37,411 nucleotides of DNA, taken from positions 1 to 37,411 of the forward strand of contig JALDTO010000135.1 in assembly GCA_023515725.1 (NCBI GenBank). Direction: 5' to 3'. Below the pieces are notes generated by a model. That model was not told the DNA's origin and made no database searches. It worked only from the letters and a program-made list of their open reading frames with translations. The translations under genes and the position numbers were made by a program. Source of the stretch: Amoeboaphelidium protococcarum X5 (Eukaryota > Fungi > Aphelidiomycota). This document shows positions 1 through 11,361 of the stretch, one piece after another (position 1 is the stretch's first letter; every line of letters begins with the position of its first letter).

Positions 1-105
1 CCCTACCCTGCCCTAACCCTGCTAACCCTGCCTAAACCCTGCCTAACCCTGCCCTAACCCTGCCCTACCCTGCTGCCCTGCCCTGCCTACCCTGCCCTGC
101 CCTGC
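1..105 (+). repeat. Telomeric repeat tract, C-rich strand; mosaic of CCCTAA/CCCTA and CCCTG units
   Basis: The window starts with degenerate CCCTAA-CCCTG alternation that becomes mostly (CCCTG)n near 60-105. A C-rich strand at the 5' end is the normal orientation for a left telomere. Confidence 0.9.
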
Positions 106-1600
106 ATGCTATCAAATTATTCACTGTCTTTAACTTGTGTCTGGGATTTCTCATCTTCATACGCGCCGTCTGAAACTTGCTCGTCATCTTGCAGATCAGC
201 AATCGAACTCTCTTCGATGACAGTCGGTTTTTCAATAAAGCCATGCTATCCTTAATGAGAATAGGTTTTCAGTGCAATTGTATGGTCATCACTCCGACAA
301 ACTGATTTTTCCAATCATTCTACAGCTTGAGCGACATAACCTTTGTGTTTAAATCCCAACATCGAATTATTCTTACTCAGCTGGAACTTGATAACCCAAA
401 TACATTTCCACAAAAGCATTCCAAACCTCAAATGACACAGAGTTAGACTTAACAAGAGCACCCGTCTCGTAGAATTACAGTAATGACTTGAACGCATCGA
501 AATCTTCATCAACTTTGATAAACAAATTAGGAATCGATTGTGTATCTAAGATCACGTTAAATTTCAAATCAGATTACTCTTGCATAGACAAGACACGCTC
601 AAGATAATTTCAGATAAATTATTAGAAGAATACTGTGACAACGCAGAGCAGGGTAGCCTCAAAGACTTTCTCCCCCAGCAAGAAATGCACTGGGCCGCAC
701 TTTAGGTCATGTCCTTGATCAACTGATGAACTCGTCATTGAAATTCCATGGATTTGGACTAATACTGCACATAAGACAGCAAATTCAATTGACAATGCGC
801 GCATATCGATGAAATAAGATTAGACAGGTAAAAGCCATATTTTTTGCCCGGGCTGCCCCATGATTGATCCACCCCTTCCAACGAAACTGGGAACCCATTT
901 GTGCATGACATTTACTCTATGCTAAGGTCTAGCTAGACAAATGCAAAAGTGCTTAGATTATCGCGTAGATAGTCTATCAGGTCTTCTCCGTAATAACGAC
1001 TGAGTTTCTCCAATTCACTGCGGTTATTTGCCACGCGTGATTAGGTCCATGAACTGGATTGTTCGAGGCCTTGACCAAAAGATATCTTGCTTATCTATTC
1101 AATGGAATTTACTAAGAAGGTTTTGTCGTTTGCCACTTTCTTAACCTGGCTATTAAAAGATTCAGCAATGGATGAAGCGCTCATGTCCATGTCAAAATAA
1201 TGCACTAAGTAGGCCTTGACCCAGAAAGCCCAAGTGTCTCGGCCAAGGTGTTCGTTCATGTATTGCTTCATGATTGGGAATTCCTCCGCCAGCGGCGATT
1301 AAAGTCGTCCGCATTAACAGAATAACGCGACGACCTGAAGTTTGCCATAAATATATATCTCTGCCCCTTGTCTTTAATGCTAAAAGAGCTTGTCTTTACA
1401 TTCTGCAAGATGTGCCAAAAGCATAATGCATGGTTTACTCCATCGTATTCTTTCAATGATCGCTGCAGAGCCAAATCCTTGTCAGAGTAAACAGTTTAAC
1501 TATTTGAGTGCAAAGCAGACTTTTTAATGAGTGGCGTTGGGAGTCCGTGCGCAACTTGTACCTCAAAGTGTTGACAAATATATAGTAACAAAAAGCATCG
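106..1600 (-). mobile_element. Degenerate Mutator-like (MULE) transposase remnant
   Basis: Minus strand reads TVYSDKDLAL...NHALCFWHILQNVK (second D plus CxxH motif) and FWVKAYLVHYFDMDMSASSIAESFNSQVKK (catalytic E motif). It is frameshifted. Whether the distal part (106-900) belongs to the same gene is uncertain. Confidence 0.7.
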
Positions 1601-1652
1601 CGATTTAAGAGTCATATCAAGCAATATACTTTTATATGAATAATGAAATAAT

Positions 1653-3107
1653 TCAACAACTCTCACAATCGGATGACAGCAAGTAATGTGTTTAGAAGTG
1701 ATCGCGATTAGACTCTTCTTGATTAAATGTATCAACCGCGACACCAACAGGAAAGCCGCCATCACTATCACTGCAAGAGTCATTCTCTTGCTCATCTGAG
1801 CTTGTCGCTGGTCCAATGAAGTCAGCCAACTATTGCACTCTCACCTCTTGATAAAGAATAGTTCCGTCTTCAGCTTCACCACACTTAAAACGTGGGATGA
1901 TACGCCCAACATCCTAGGAAACATGATGTTCTTCTTCACTGCATTCATCATTGAAATAATTATAATCATCTTCTTAATTACTACGGCGCACCCTTTTACT
2001 GGGCCTCACTTTATCAATGCTATCAGGAATAGGCTTTGAAGATCGCTTCCTAGTAGATTTCATGGACGACGACTATTTCAGCGGGGTGTAGGAGGCATTT
2101 GCAGCAAGAGGATTTGAAATACGCGACACTTGTAATTTCTACCACTCAGATGGCTTTCTTAATAGACAGATAATGAGTGCCTTTATCAATCGATCACCGA
2201 TAGGCTCTGATGCATTGGCGCCATCCTCCTCTGTGAATGGATACGTGAATACTTCATTTCGGACCTCATTTTCAACAAAGATTTTAAAGCGGACAGAGTT
2301 GAGTAGAAAAATAGGAGCATTCAGAGTGTACAATGCGGCAAACATCTGAGCAGTTCTAGAATCTTGATACCAATGCTGATGAACTGGAAATGCAGTGCGA
2401 CTTTTCAACTCTGTACCAATAAACGTAAACGAATCGCAATAATAATCTTGGAAACAAACGTCCATACAAGATTGATAATCATACTCAGGCTTGGCCATGA
2501 TGCCCCCAATTCGCGTTTTGCGTTCGGCTGATGGCATTGCTGCAACTTAGAGAATTGAAGCTATCACACCTACCAGTATAGACAAAACAGCAAAAATATT
2601 AACCTCAGAATCAGCTTCACGCAGTTGTGTCAGAGACAATTAAACCAATTGATTATCCTTGACAATTTACCAATAATCAATCCAATCCTAGCGCGAAACC
2701 TTGAGCAGAGCTGCTAAACTATCAAGCCCATCAAACTCACAGCCTAAAGGTTGAACATTTCTGTAAATAGCCGGATGAAATAAAACATGCTTTAACTTTG
2801 ATGCATGTGGAGTAACAATTACATGGGTCTATTCCTCTTGATCACGATCATCCGAACGCGAAACCAGCCTGACAGAAGGCTTTTTAACAAATTCAAGGAG
2901 CTTTATACAATGAGATTAAATTAGATCTTGCAAAGGAGTTTCGAAATTCTGCCCCATATCATCATCGGAATCATCTTCAACATAATCTAGGATATCAACG
3001 GTTGATCCAGATCTAGAGGAATTTGCTTCTATGTAAGCACTTGGCTCTACTCGAACTTATTACGGTGTTAAAGTCTCAAGACTCTGACTGAACGTAGGTA
3101 TGGACAT
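1653..3107 (-). CDS. Hypothetical 484-aa protein with possible PD-(D/E)xK restriction-endonuclease-like fold and acidic tail
   Basis: Single ATG(3107)-to-TGA(1653) frame when TAA/TAG are read as Gln. Contains MDVCF...FIGTELKS followed by AQMFAALY, resembling Crinkler-type REase domains. Confidence 0.65.
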
Positions 3108-3499
3108 ATGACGCGTTAATTAGTATTAATTAAGTACTAATAGAAATAAACAATGACTCAGCACAGAAGAAGGTTATGAGTTTGCCGCCGTTGAAATCAG
3201 TAACACATAAAACACCGCTCTGAAAGTGTTGGAGAAGAGCAGAAAAAAATATCGTGATTTTCAATTTTCGGCTTAATTGTTGCTTAGAGCTTCCCTTACA
3301 GGGCGAACATGTTTCGTTACGGCGATCTAACTGCTATTATCATAGTGCTCGGATGCAAACTTAACTGAGTCGAATAAATGATAGTTGTGAGAATACAACG
3401 AAAAAGAATGACAGATAAGCAGTATCTCCGGTCTTTCAATAATCAGTCACAGACAACGTGATGAAACAGCTCGAATTATAAAAATTTATTAAATCAAAA

Positions 3500-3955
3500 C
3501 CAGAGTGTCTTCCATTGCTTTCTAATACTATGCAAAGTCGTTCTTTAGCAGAAGCAGCCAAAGTTTCGGCCAATTCAGGAGGTAATTCGTTCAAAATCTC
3601 GAAAATTAGCTCAATCAGCTGCTATTTAGATTGAGGAATTCCAATTATTTTTTGACTTCTTTACTAAATAATTGCCCAAAGTACTCAGCAGGATTAAGAT
3701 CCAGCGATTGCGGAGGCCACAGAAGGAGTGGTACGTTAATTTACGCCAAAAAGTCCATCACCACCTTAGACTTGTGACACGGCGCTTTATCCTGCATTAA
3801 TGTCATGCGGATTCCCACATCAGCTTCCATCATATCAAACTCAGGTATTAGATGTGTCTCGATGATATCAATATATTACTCGCCTTCCATGGTCCCATCC
3901 ACCACCGCAAGCGGCCAAAATTCAAATTTGGAGAAACAGCCCCACAACACATGAC
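3500..3955 (-). mobile_element. Tc1/mariner (IS630-Tc1, DDE_3) transposase remnant
   Basis: Reads LWGCFSK...VVDGTMEG...YIDIIETHLIP...LMQDKAPCHKSK...WPPQSLDLNPAEY, the hallmark QDNAPCH and WPPQSPDLNPIE motifs. No 5' part or TIRs seen. Confidence 0.85.
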
Positions 3956-3997
3956 CCCAAAATCACCCTACTAAAAATATATTAAACGGTGCCAGGA

Positions 3998-5030
3998 TCA
4001 TAAATTACTTGCGTTTCGAACAACATAGCTTTGCATAAGACTAAACTCAAATAGTATTCTCAGTATATTGTTCATCAGGCTATGCTTCTTCCATTCACAC
4101 AGTTTGGTCTCAGCAGCCTTAGTACCTAAACGTCGAAAGTACATGACAAGCGTCTCTAGATTAGCCGCATTGACAAACAGCCTTAATACAGAGGACTCTT
4201 TAAGCTTGGCAGGAGCAATGTGATTTGCACCATCAACCGTCAGCGGACGAATAGTTTGGTAGCATGTGACCAACGATGATTTGCTGGCAGTGCTAACGGA
4301 ATCAGATGTGCCTGCCAGTTCTGATACTACAAATTACGCGTCACGGAGATGAGTTCTCAAAGCAGCAGAAGGCAATGGATCATTGTTGCTCATTTTGGCA
4401 GGGTAGGAATTAGAAGCAGAAGAACCAGCAGAAGGCATAGATCTAGCACGCGCATTCTTGACTGCAGTTGTCAGTTGATTACGGGCGGAGCGAGTATGAC
4501 GCGTACTAGTTTGGTGTGTTAACCTGTCGCAATGGAAACATTCAGCATCGCCAAGCAAGTGTATTCCTGTGATTAGATAATTTTGACGATGCTTCCGCAT
4601 CGAGAAGTACCATACAAAATTATACTTGTTTCCATCTTTGACGGGGGTTTGCAGATTTTTCACGAACACGGCGCCAATAGTCTGCATCAAACTCAATCTT
4701 GAACTGCGTCATGTGTTGTCTAGAAGCATTGATGAATTATACAGTCTTGGTCCTCTTGCAGTAATCAATTTGTAGCAGAGGATCATAAGGACTTTTAGTA
4801 GTCTCGCACATGAGCTACTTGACCATCCACCCATCCAATTACCAAAGCCTCTTCTCTATCATTTTCTATGAACTTGACAAAGAACTGACATTGACCGCGT
4901 TACCTGCCAGTCTGATGATAGACACACTTGCCCTTTTAATCTTGGTGGACTTGGTGCAGAAGGGGCAGAAGAATTTCGTCATCGCAGTAGCTTTCACTGA
5001 TTGACAAATGTCATGCAATACACATTAACC
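3998..5030 (-). other. Probable degenerate coding region of unknown function with Cys/His clusters
   Basis: Track ORFs 3998-4273 and 4334-4696 are in frame and joined through a TAA. An upstream frame has CVLHDIC...FCPFC. No recognisable family. Confidence 0.25.
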
Positions 5031-5157
5031 AATAAATGGCCAATCATCTGTTTAGGACGCCTTTAACTATCTGGCTAGCAATACCAAGGATACCTTACAG
5101 ACATTAGTATTGTTTAGAATATAATTGTTTAGAAAGAAAAAGAAATATACATACACA

Positions 5158-5431
5158 TGTCAGAGTTTATAAGGACACACAGGGTAGTAGGACGTAACTA
5201 ATGTAACTGTCACATTGGACGTACATAAACTGATTGCCGCTATTGTGATTAAAAGTAACGCGAATGATTAATGATGCTGTAATGATGTAGTACATTACAA
5301 TGAATAAAATGGATGAAAATGAATAACACAAGATATGTATACTTTAAATAAAAGATTTGATAGGGATGACACAGCTTGGTATGAAACTACCAGACACTTC
5401 TAGTGCTGCTTTACATATCATTTATCTGACA
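5158..5431 (+). mobile_element. Possible solo LTR (274 bp)
   Basis: Begins TGTCAGA and ends TCTGACA (TG...CA with a 7-bp inverted repeat), AT-rich, contains AATAAA. No target-site duplication visible. Confidence 0.3.
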
Positions 5432-5474
5432 AGCCTTGATTGGCAGGTGAAAACGCCTGTATAAATCAGGCCAA

Positions 5475-5612
5475 TATACCACCTACCTAATTTTATTACC
5501 TTCCTACTTACAATGTAGGTACCTACCTATTTATTTATTTTCTATCTATATACTTACAATGTAGGTAGGTAGGGTATCTATGTACCCCCTTGATCATTAT
5601 TACCTCTATATA
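5475..5612. repeat. Diverged partial copy of the palindromic TACCTACTTACAATGTAGGTA element
   Basis: Contains CCTACTTACAATGTAGGTACCTACC and TACTTACAATGTAGGTAGGTAGG...TATGTACCCCCTTGATC, matching 37075-37190. Confidence 0.8.
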
Positions 5613-6476
5613 TCGCGCGTATTCTAGTCCTTTTGTGGTCGGTGCCCTGTTCGCACATCCCACCTATGATGTTCGTGATTAATCCGACACTACATTTAAA
5701 GGTTTTTCCGGTAATCCTTTGTTAGCGACTGAGGCCAAAAGAGCTGCCGCCTTTCCAGTCTCTAAATTATGGCACCATGGTTCTCGCGGGATCTAAACGC
5801 TTTGCACTTTATATCGCACTGGGTGTCCCACTATACTCTACTCGTAGAAATGTTTTAAAGTGTTCGTTGAGAATGATAGTCGAGATGCGATATTCGCCTG
5901 GCCTTTTGATAGCGGCAATTCTAATTAAAATGATGAGCCATACTCTAGAGAAAGGGTGGCGCGTTCTTATACTCTCCAAGTCATGACCAGTGTCATTATG
6001 CAAGTAATTACGATATGCTTGCTGGCTTGTGGAGAAGACGATTTAATCTCTTCCTTGAATCCTATGGCTGTGGAAGCTGTTAAGATGAAACCAAAAAGGT
6101 AAATTATATCTTTCGATAATACTGACCTTATTCTCAATTGAGATGAAAATATTTTTCACACTTCAACCTGAGCCACTCGGATCAGTGACCCTTGAACCAA
6201 CAACCGAAGCTCTGGAACACCAACCTTCACAGTGATGAGCCTATTTCTAATTGAAATTCGACTTTACACAGAAGAGTAATTCAATGGATGCTCTGAGCAA
6301 GTCGCGCTCAGCCATAATTGGATCAGACGAATTTTAAAATTTGAGAGTCGGAGCGGAGATTGTGACGACCAATGAGGAAGATTTGTTCGGTAGCCCCTGA
6401 TCAGGTTTACGCGTCGACTTGTGAATCCTTGTTACCGACTACTTTTCATTCCGATACTGATATAGGTATCCACAAT

Positions 6477-7193
6477 ATGATGTTATCAAAATTTTTTTTT
6501 CTGTGTCTGGTATTTGCCTCTTTGGCAGCTAGCGATACAATCTATTTCAAGAATGGTAATGAAATGGAAGCTATCGATACATCGCGCTTCTTCAATAATG
6601 CTTTATAGAGTTGTTCCTATCACGATTTTGTACGATAGCAATTGCAGGCTGGCCACAGAGTCATTGAATTGGCTGAAGATTAGGATGGATTAAGCGCTAT
6701 CCTAAATTATTATCGCTATGGCAAATTGATTCAGCCTGCCACAATGAGCGCCAATCAATGGAAGCAAATTTTGATGCATTTCAAGTTATAAGCAGCTGCA
6801 ACAGGCATCTAAAAGAGAAAATTTACATTTACTCTCTCTTTGGAGAAATTAAAGAAGGCCAGACGTGGTGACTCTTATTCTTTGCGAATTGATTATGGAA
6901 ATCGGGTACCTCCAGAAGTTGCTCCTCAATTCAACTCCATGATCAGAGAATTAAGTGGTGATTACGGCGTATCGTTGCGTTAAAGTGGACATTATTTGAT
7001 TGCAGATAATGTGGAATTTTAGGCTCTTCTAATGAATTAAATGGGAATGTACGCATCTTTGTTGCCTCATTGGTTTAATGACTACGAGCTATCTCTGTAC
7101 CGCTCAGAGAATGCGGACCAAGTTCAGTACTTTGTTACAAGTGCAATCATGATTGTCACCATTCCATACCAGTCGCAAGTTGCCGTTTTATGA
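6477..7193 (+). CDS. Secreted 238-aa protein with BTB/POZ (KCTD/T1-type)-like domain
   Basis: ATG-to-TGA frame with several in-frame TAA/TAG. Signal-peptide-like N-terminus MMLSKFFFLCLVFASLAAS, then LSAILNYYRYGKLIQP resembling the BTB_2 motif ILNYYRxGKL. Confidence 0.65.
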
Positions 7194-7599
7194 TTAGATT
7201 GAAGTAATTTGAAGTAAAATAGTTTAACTGCATTCTTAAAAGCTGCTTTTCATATCTCTCCATACGCTTTAGTTTGGCATTCATTAAGTTTAAATCGATT
7301 TTGATGCCACTCTTGTTGTTCCAGATCGTTAGATTTGCCATGTTGCTTTTTTCGGATCCTCTTCTTATATCGATTGTTAAAAAGTGATATACCTTTACCA
7401 TTGTTCAAAGTTTAAAAGTTAAGCCATGTCATCGCTCACTAAATTTACTGGTTGCCATCGAATTGTAATTGTTTTTAGTATATCATTAACTATTCATAAT
7501 CATTTTTATTGAATAAATGTAGAGTAACCGTGGTATTGCGGCCGGTGCGCGTCCATGGATGGCCAAGAGTTCCCCGAGCTCATCTAGCCAACAGCATCA

Positions 7600-7990
7600 A
7601 TAGGAGGCCGAGTAAGAGTTGCACGATGCATTTTAGACGCACCTGTGAGAATCTCCGTCTACTAAGGTTTCGGCCACCAAGGATGAGCTGCTAAAGTACT
7701 ATCGTGAGGCTTTGGTAGTTCGCCGCGTGGAGACTGCCGCTGATGGTCTGTACAAGTCCAAAATGATTCGCGGATTCTGTCATTTGAGCAATGGTCAGGA
7801 AGCTGTGGCTGTTGGAATCGAGTCTGCTATTACGCGTGAAGATGCTGTGATTACAGCTTATAGATGTCACGATTTTGCTTATGTTCGTGGTGGCACAGTG
7901 AAGAGTATTCTGGCCGAGCTGATGGGTCGCTATGACGGTATAGCGAAGGGTAAAGGCCGTTCCATGCACATGTTCGCCCCCAACTTTTAT
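7600..7990 (+). pseudogene. PDA1: Truncated fragment of pyruvate dehydrogenase E1 alpha subunit
   Basis: [32 protein letters not shown]...ITAYRCH...AELMGR...[14 protein letters not shown]. Homology stops just before the expected GGNGIVGAQ, and conserved Gly positions are substituted. Confidence 0.85.
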
Positions 7991-9241
7991 AAGCTTATTG
8001 GACTATAGCGTCGTCCAAAACGCGATCTTTCTACGGAGCAATTGACGCCTAAACTTGCTTCAGCAGACGCAACGCTTCATGGGAATAGTTCATCCGACAA
8101 CAGCATTCAGCCAGTAAATCCTTCAATACCCAACATTCAGACTAAACCGAAATCAATGATTATAGAGTTTTCAGTCTATCCAGGGCAAGATGTGATTGAG
8201 ATGCAACAGATGCATTCCTTTGTTAAATGGTGATAAAATTTTCGTGTGGTATACGCCCTTCATTATCACAACGGCCAATAAAAAATGTCAGAGCTTCAAT
8301 TGCGTCATTGGGCAAAGACTGGTCAACAATAGACACATTTTTTCCAACCAAACATGATTTAAATACCACTCCATTTATGTAGCAGACGAGTGTTTGAGGT
8401 AGATACCGCAGAAGACGGAGAAAGCGCTTTCCAAATCAGCACTCCTTTTTACGCTTTTCCACAAAGTGAAACGAATCAATGCCATCGCGCGATGATCTCT
8501 TGTATGATGATGTTTCAGCGCTACGGAAATAGAGAGAGTAACAATCCACAGATCGTTATCGTCTAAATCGAATGAAATCTCTTTGATTAAAAGCCATTAC
8601 ATGTAGATGAAGTCACACTTTCTTCGCGTCGATCTCAACAAGAGCGTTGTCCTTCTCTCAATGATCTCAATGTCTGGATCTGCGTTATCCGAACATGCGC
8701 CGACCTTAACCACTGCTACCGATGGTGTATCTCTATTGTAAGCCGTCATCTCTTATTCAAATCACTTCTTATCTTTCTCTTACAAACCATAGTACTCCTT
8801 CTTTCCATCCTCTGAAATGTCCTTCCATTAATCCAGTTCACGAGTATCAGAATATGATCACACTAGACTGTGAGACCCAGACCGTGTGGCTGAGCAATAG
8901 AGCCTGGACAATGTGGCACAGCTACGAGCCTGGACCGTCTGTAATGGCACAATGACCAGCTATTAGTAGAACAGTGATCTTGTTTTCTTGTACCAACATA
9001 TATACAGTATAACATCATTCATCAACATCACTATCAATCTGTTATTGATATTGGAATGAACCAAGGACGTGTTGATCAGCGTCGTGAGAAACGACAGGTT
9101 GTGGAACTTCAAGAACGCGAGAACAATTTAGCTGAACACCCATATGATGCAGCTTATCTTGCGGAGTCGTTGAAACGCTTAGAATGTTAATAAAATTGTG
9201 CTATTGAAGTCTTAATTAATGATGTGTTGAGGAATTAAAAT

Positions 9242-10174
9242 TCACATATATTAATCACTTAATTATTCATCATCATCATCATCATCATCATCTGCAGAGT
9301 CCATGTTCTCGTCATCAACAAACCCTAAAGCTTCGCAAGATCCCTTCTGATGTGATTCAATATTGCTTCTTCCCACAAACTTCCAACAATTGGGACAGCA
9401 TTCGGGTTTTCTGCTTCTAGCAAGTTCGTTATGAATTTAAATAAGATCCGCTGAGGGTCTCGTCGTAGGGTCGGAAGATAGATTCAGCTGCTTAATATCA
9501 TTTCGATGAATCCAATGCTCATACAGAACAAATACGCGCCCGTCAGCGTCAAATATCCACTGAAACAAATCATAACTTTACTCCAAATCTTTCCTCAGCA
9601 AAACACCATTCTGAGGTGAATAATGCTGTTCGCGGGGTATTCTCTGTGATTCATTCAGAGGGACGATGTGTGCAGCCGTTAAATTTGAATGATCTTGCTC
9701 TCCAGTAGCAACACAACATTTGTCTCGTCGTAGCAGCGCTCTCCTCATCTTTTTCATTGGGTTTTTTAGCCGATTGACATGCCTGCCAGTTGCGCAATTC
9801 CCACTTTTTGACTGTGAGCGACAAGAATCGTAGGATGCTACTGAAAAGTCCAAAGATTCTACAAAATTAGATGAACAAGATCTATTACAAAACACTCAAA
9901 ACTTACCGTTTGAGGCAGAAGGGTTAATCATCGGTAGCTTGCTTAAAAGAGTATTCTTCTCTTCCAAGAATTTGACTTCCTTATGACGCAGACTGGTGAG
10001 CTCAGCAGTGGCTGATTCTAATAATTTCTCAAACGGTGCAGTCAGTCTTCCTTCCGCAATAGCCTTCTCCAGTTGCTACTCTGTTTTCTCCACCTTCTGT
10101 TTTGCTACATAGATTTCTTGTTGAATAGCAGCAATTGCTGCCCTTGATTCATCCACTTGCTGTTGTAAATTCAT
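9242..10174 (-). CDS. Coiled-coil plus HNH endonuclease (HNH_2, Crinkler-type) protein, one intron (9859-9906)
   Basis: RRDKCCVATGE...AAHIVP...NGVLLRKDLE(Q)SYDLF motif. A 48-nt GTAAGT...CTAAT...TAG intron removes an in-frame TGA. C-terminal CCPNC...H...C and poly-Asp tail. Confidence 0.8.
9268..9292. repeat. (CAT)n microsatellite encoding the poly-Asp tail of the HNH protein
   Basis: About 8 tandem CAT units. Confidence 0.9.
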
Positions 10175-10808
10175 GATCTTTGTGTAGAAAAGAAAATTTG
10201 GCCATTTTCAAAGCTCTTTGATTCGATAGAATCTGACCAATCATCGCCCAAGAATCTCTTAATAGAGGTGCTTTACCCAACCTTAATAGGCTTTGACGTT
10301 TGTCATTTAAAAAAAAGCGATGTTAGATTGAGTTAGGGCAACTGTAAAGGCTAAAGCGTCTTCAGCTCATATTATTAGACATGTATTGTAAGATTTCAAG
10401 AGGAAGATGTAGTAGGTTAGACGTCAATGTATTTGAAGCTACCGAAAAAGAAATTGATCACTATTCATGGACGACCTATATCGTTAGCTGTGGCCCTTAT
10501 TCACGTGTGGCTGCCCAACCAGCTATCCTATCTGGTGACACGTCGGACCACGTTCTAGCATTCAATCAGGTTTCAGTCACCAACAACATTGTCAAATCCA
10601 ACATTCCTTCGCCTCCAACTTTTGTCCATCCAAGCACTTTAGCGCATGGTTTGATATATCCAGTATGACATTGGTTTTTAGTACCAGTAGTGTTAACCAT
10701 CATAAGCGCTTCGCGTTGGTTACTGCGAGCATGTTGAGCCAATTCCTCCCGAGTCGATTGCATCGAATTCTGATAAAAACCTGCTTTTATTCTATAAATA
10801 TAACCAAC

Positions 10809-11321
10809 ATGTCGAAGAGAAAATGGGGAATGCAAGCGGATTTGAATTCGCTCCGAGCCGAGATTGTCAATGTGTGCACTCAGTTGAGGATCACCGTGTT
10901 CTATCAGGAATTGCAGAATTCTGACTACTTGACGGACATTCTTCTGGAGATAAGTCGAGTCTCGCACGTTCAGCTTGCGGAAGGGGATATGATGGCAGAG
11001 GATTTGAAGCAATTTCTTGACGATGTGCGAGAAGCTATGAACCTCAAAGAGCGGACTCGGCGTATCAAAAGAACTAAAATTATTGCTACGATCAAGTGTT
11101 CCACATATGGCGTGATGGCTCGGGTGATTGAGGCATTAACAAAGATGCTGGGTAAATTGGGTTGTGGTAATGTGATTGACGAGGGCATGGATCTTGATTT
11201 TGGCACGATTGATGCAACTATTGCGAATGAACCGCCTGTTTTCCAGTATCGTGCGGGTTATCTTGAATATAATGATCAAACTAGTGTTCGTGTTGGGCTG
11301 CACGACTCACAAAACACGTGA
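10809..11321 (+). CDS. Hypothetical 170-aa protein
   Basis: ATG-to-TGA open frame (MSKRKWGMQADL...) with protein-like composition, directly upstream of the papain-like gene. No family recognised. Confidence 0.5.
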   Translation: MSKRKWGMQADLNSLRAEIVNVCTQLRITVFYQELQNSDYLTDILLEISRVSHVQLAEGDMMAEDLKQFLDDVREAMNLKERTRRIKRTKIIATIKCSTYGVMARVIEALTKMLGKLGCGNVIDEGMDLDFGTIDATIANEPPVFQYRAGYLEYNDQTSVRVGLHDSQNT

Positions 11322-11361
11322 TTGGTGTTTCCATTTACTTTCATTTCTTCATCTGTTGTAA

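Noticed and set aside
5620-6300. Possible transposase for the palindromic element next to its 5475 copy
   Set aside because: No DDE, HUH or tyrosine-recombinase motif recognised in the frames examined.
8895-8940. GAGCCTGGAC occurring twice and also at about 36630 in the Fanzor 3' region
   Set aside because: Only a 10-bp match without convincing extension; cannot support a second omegaRNA copy.
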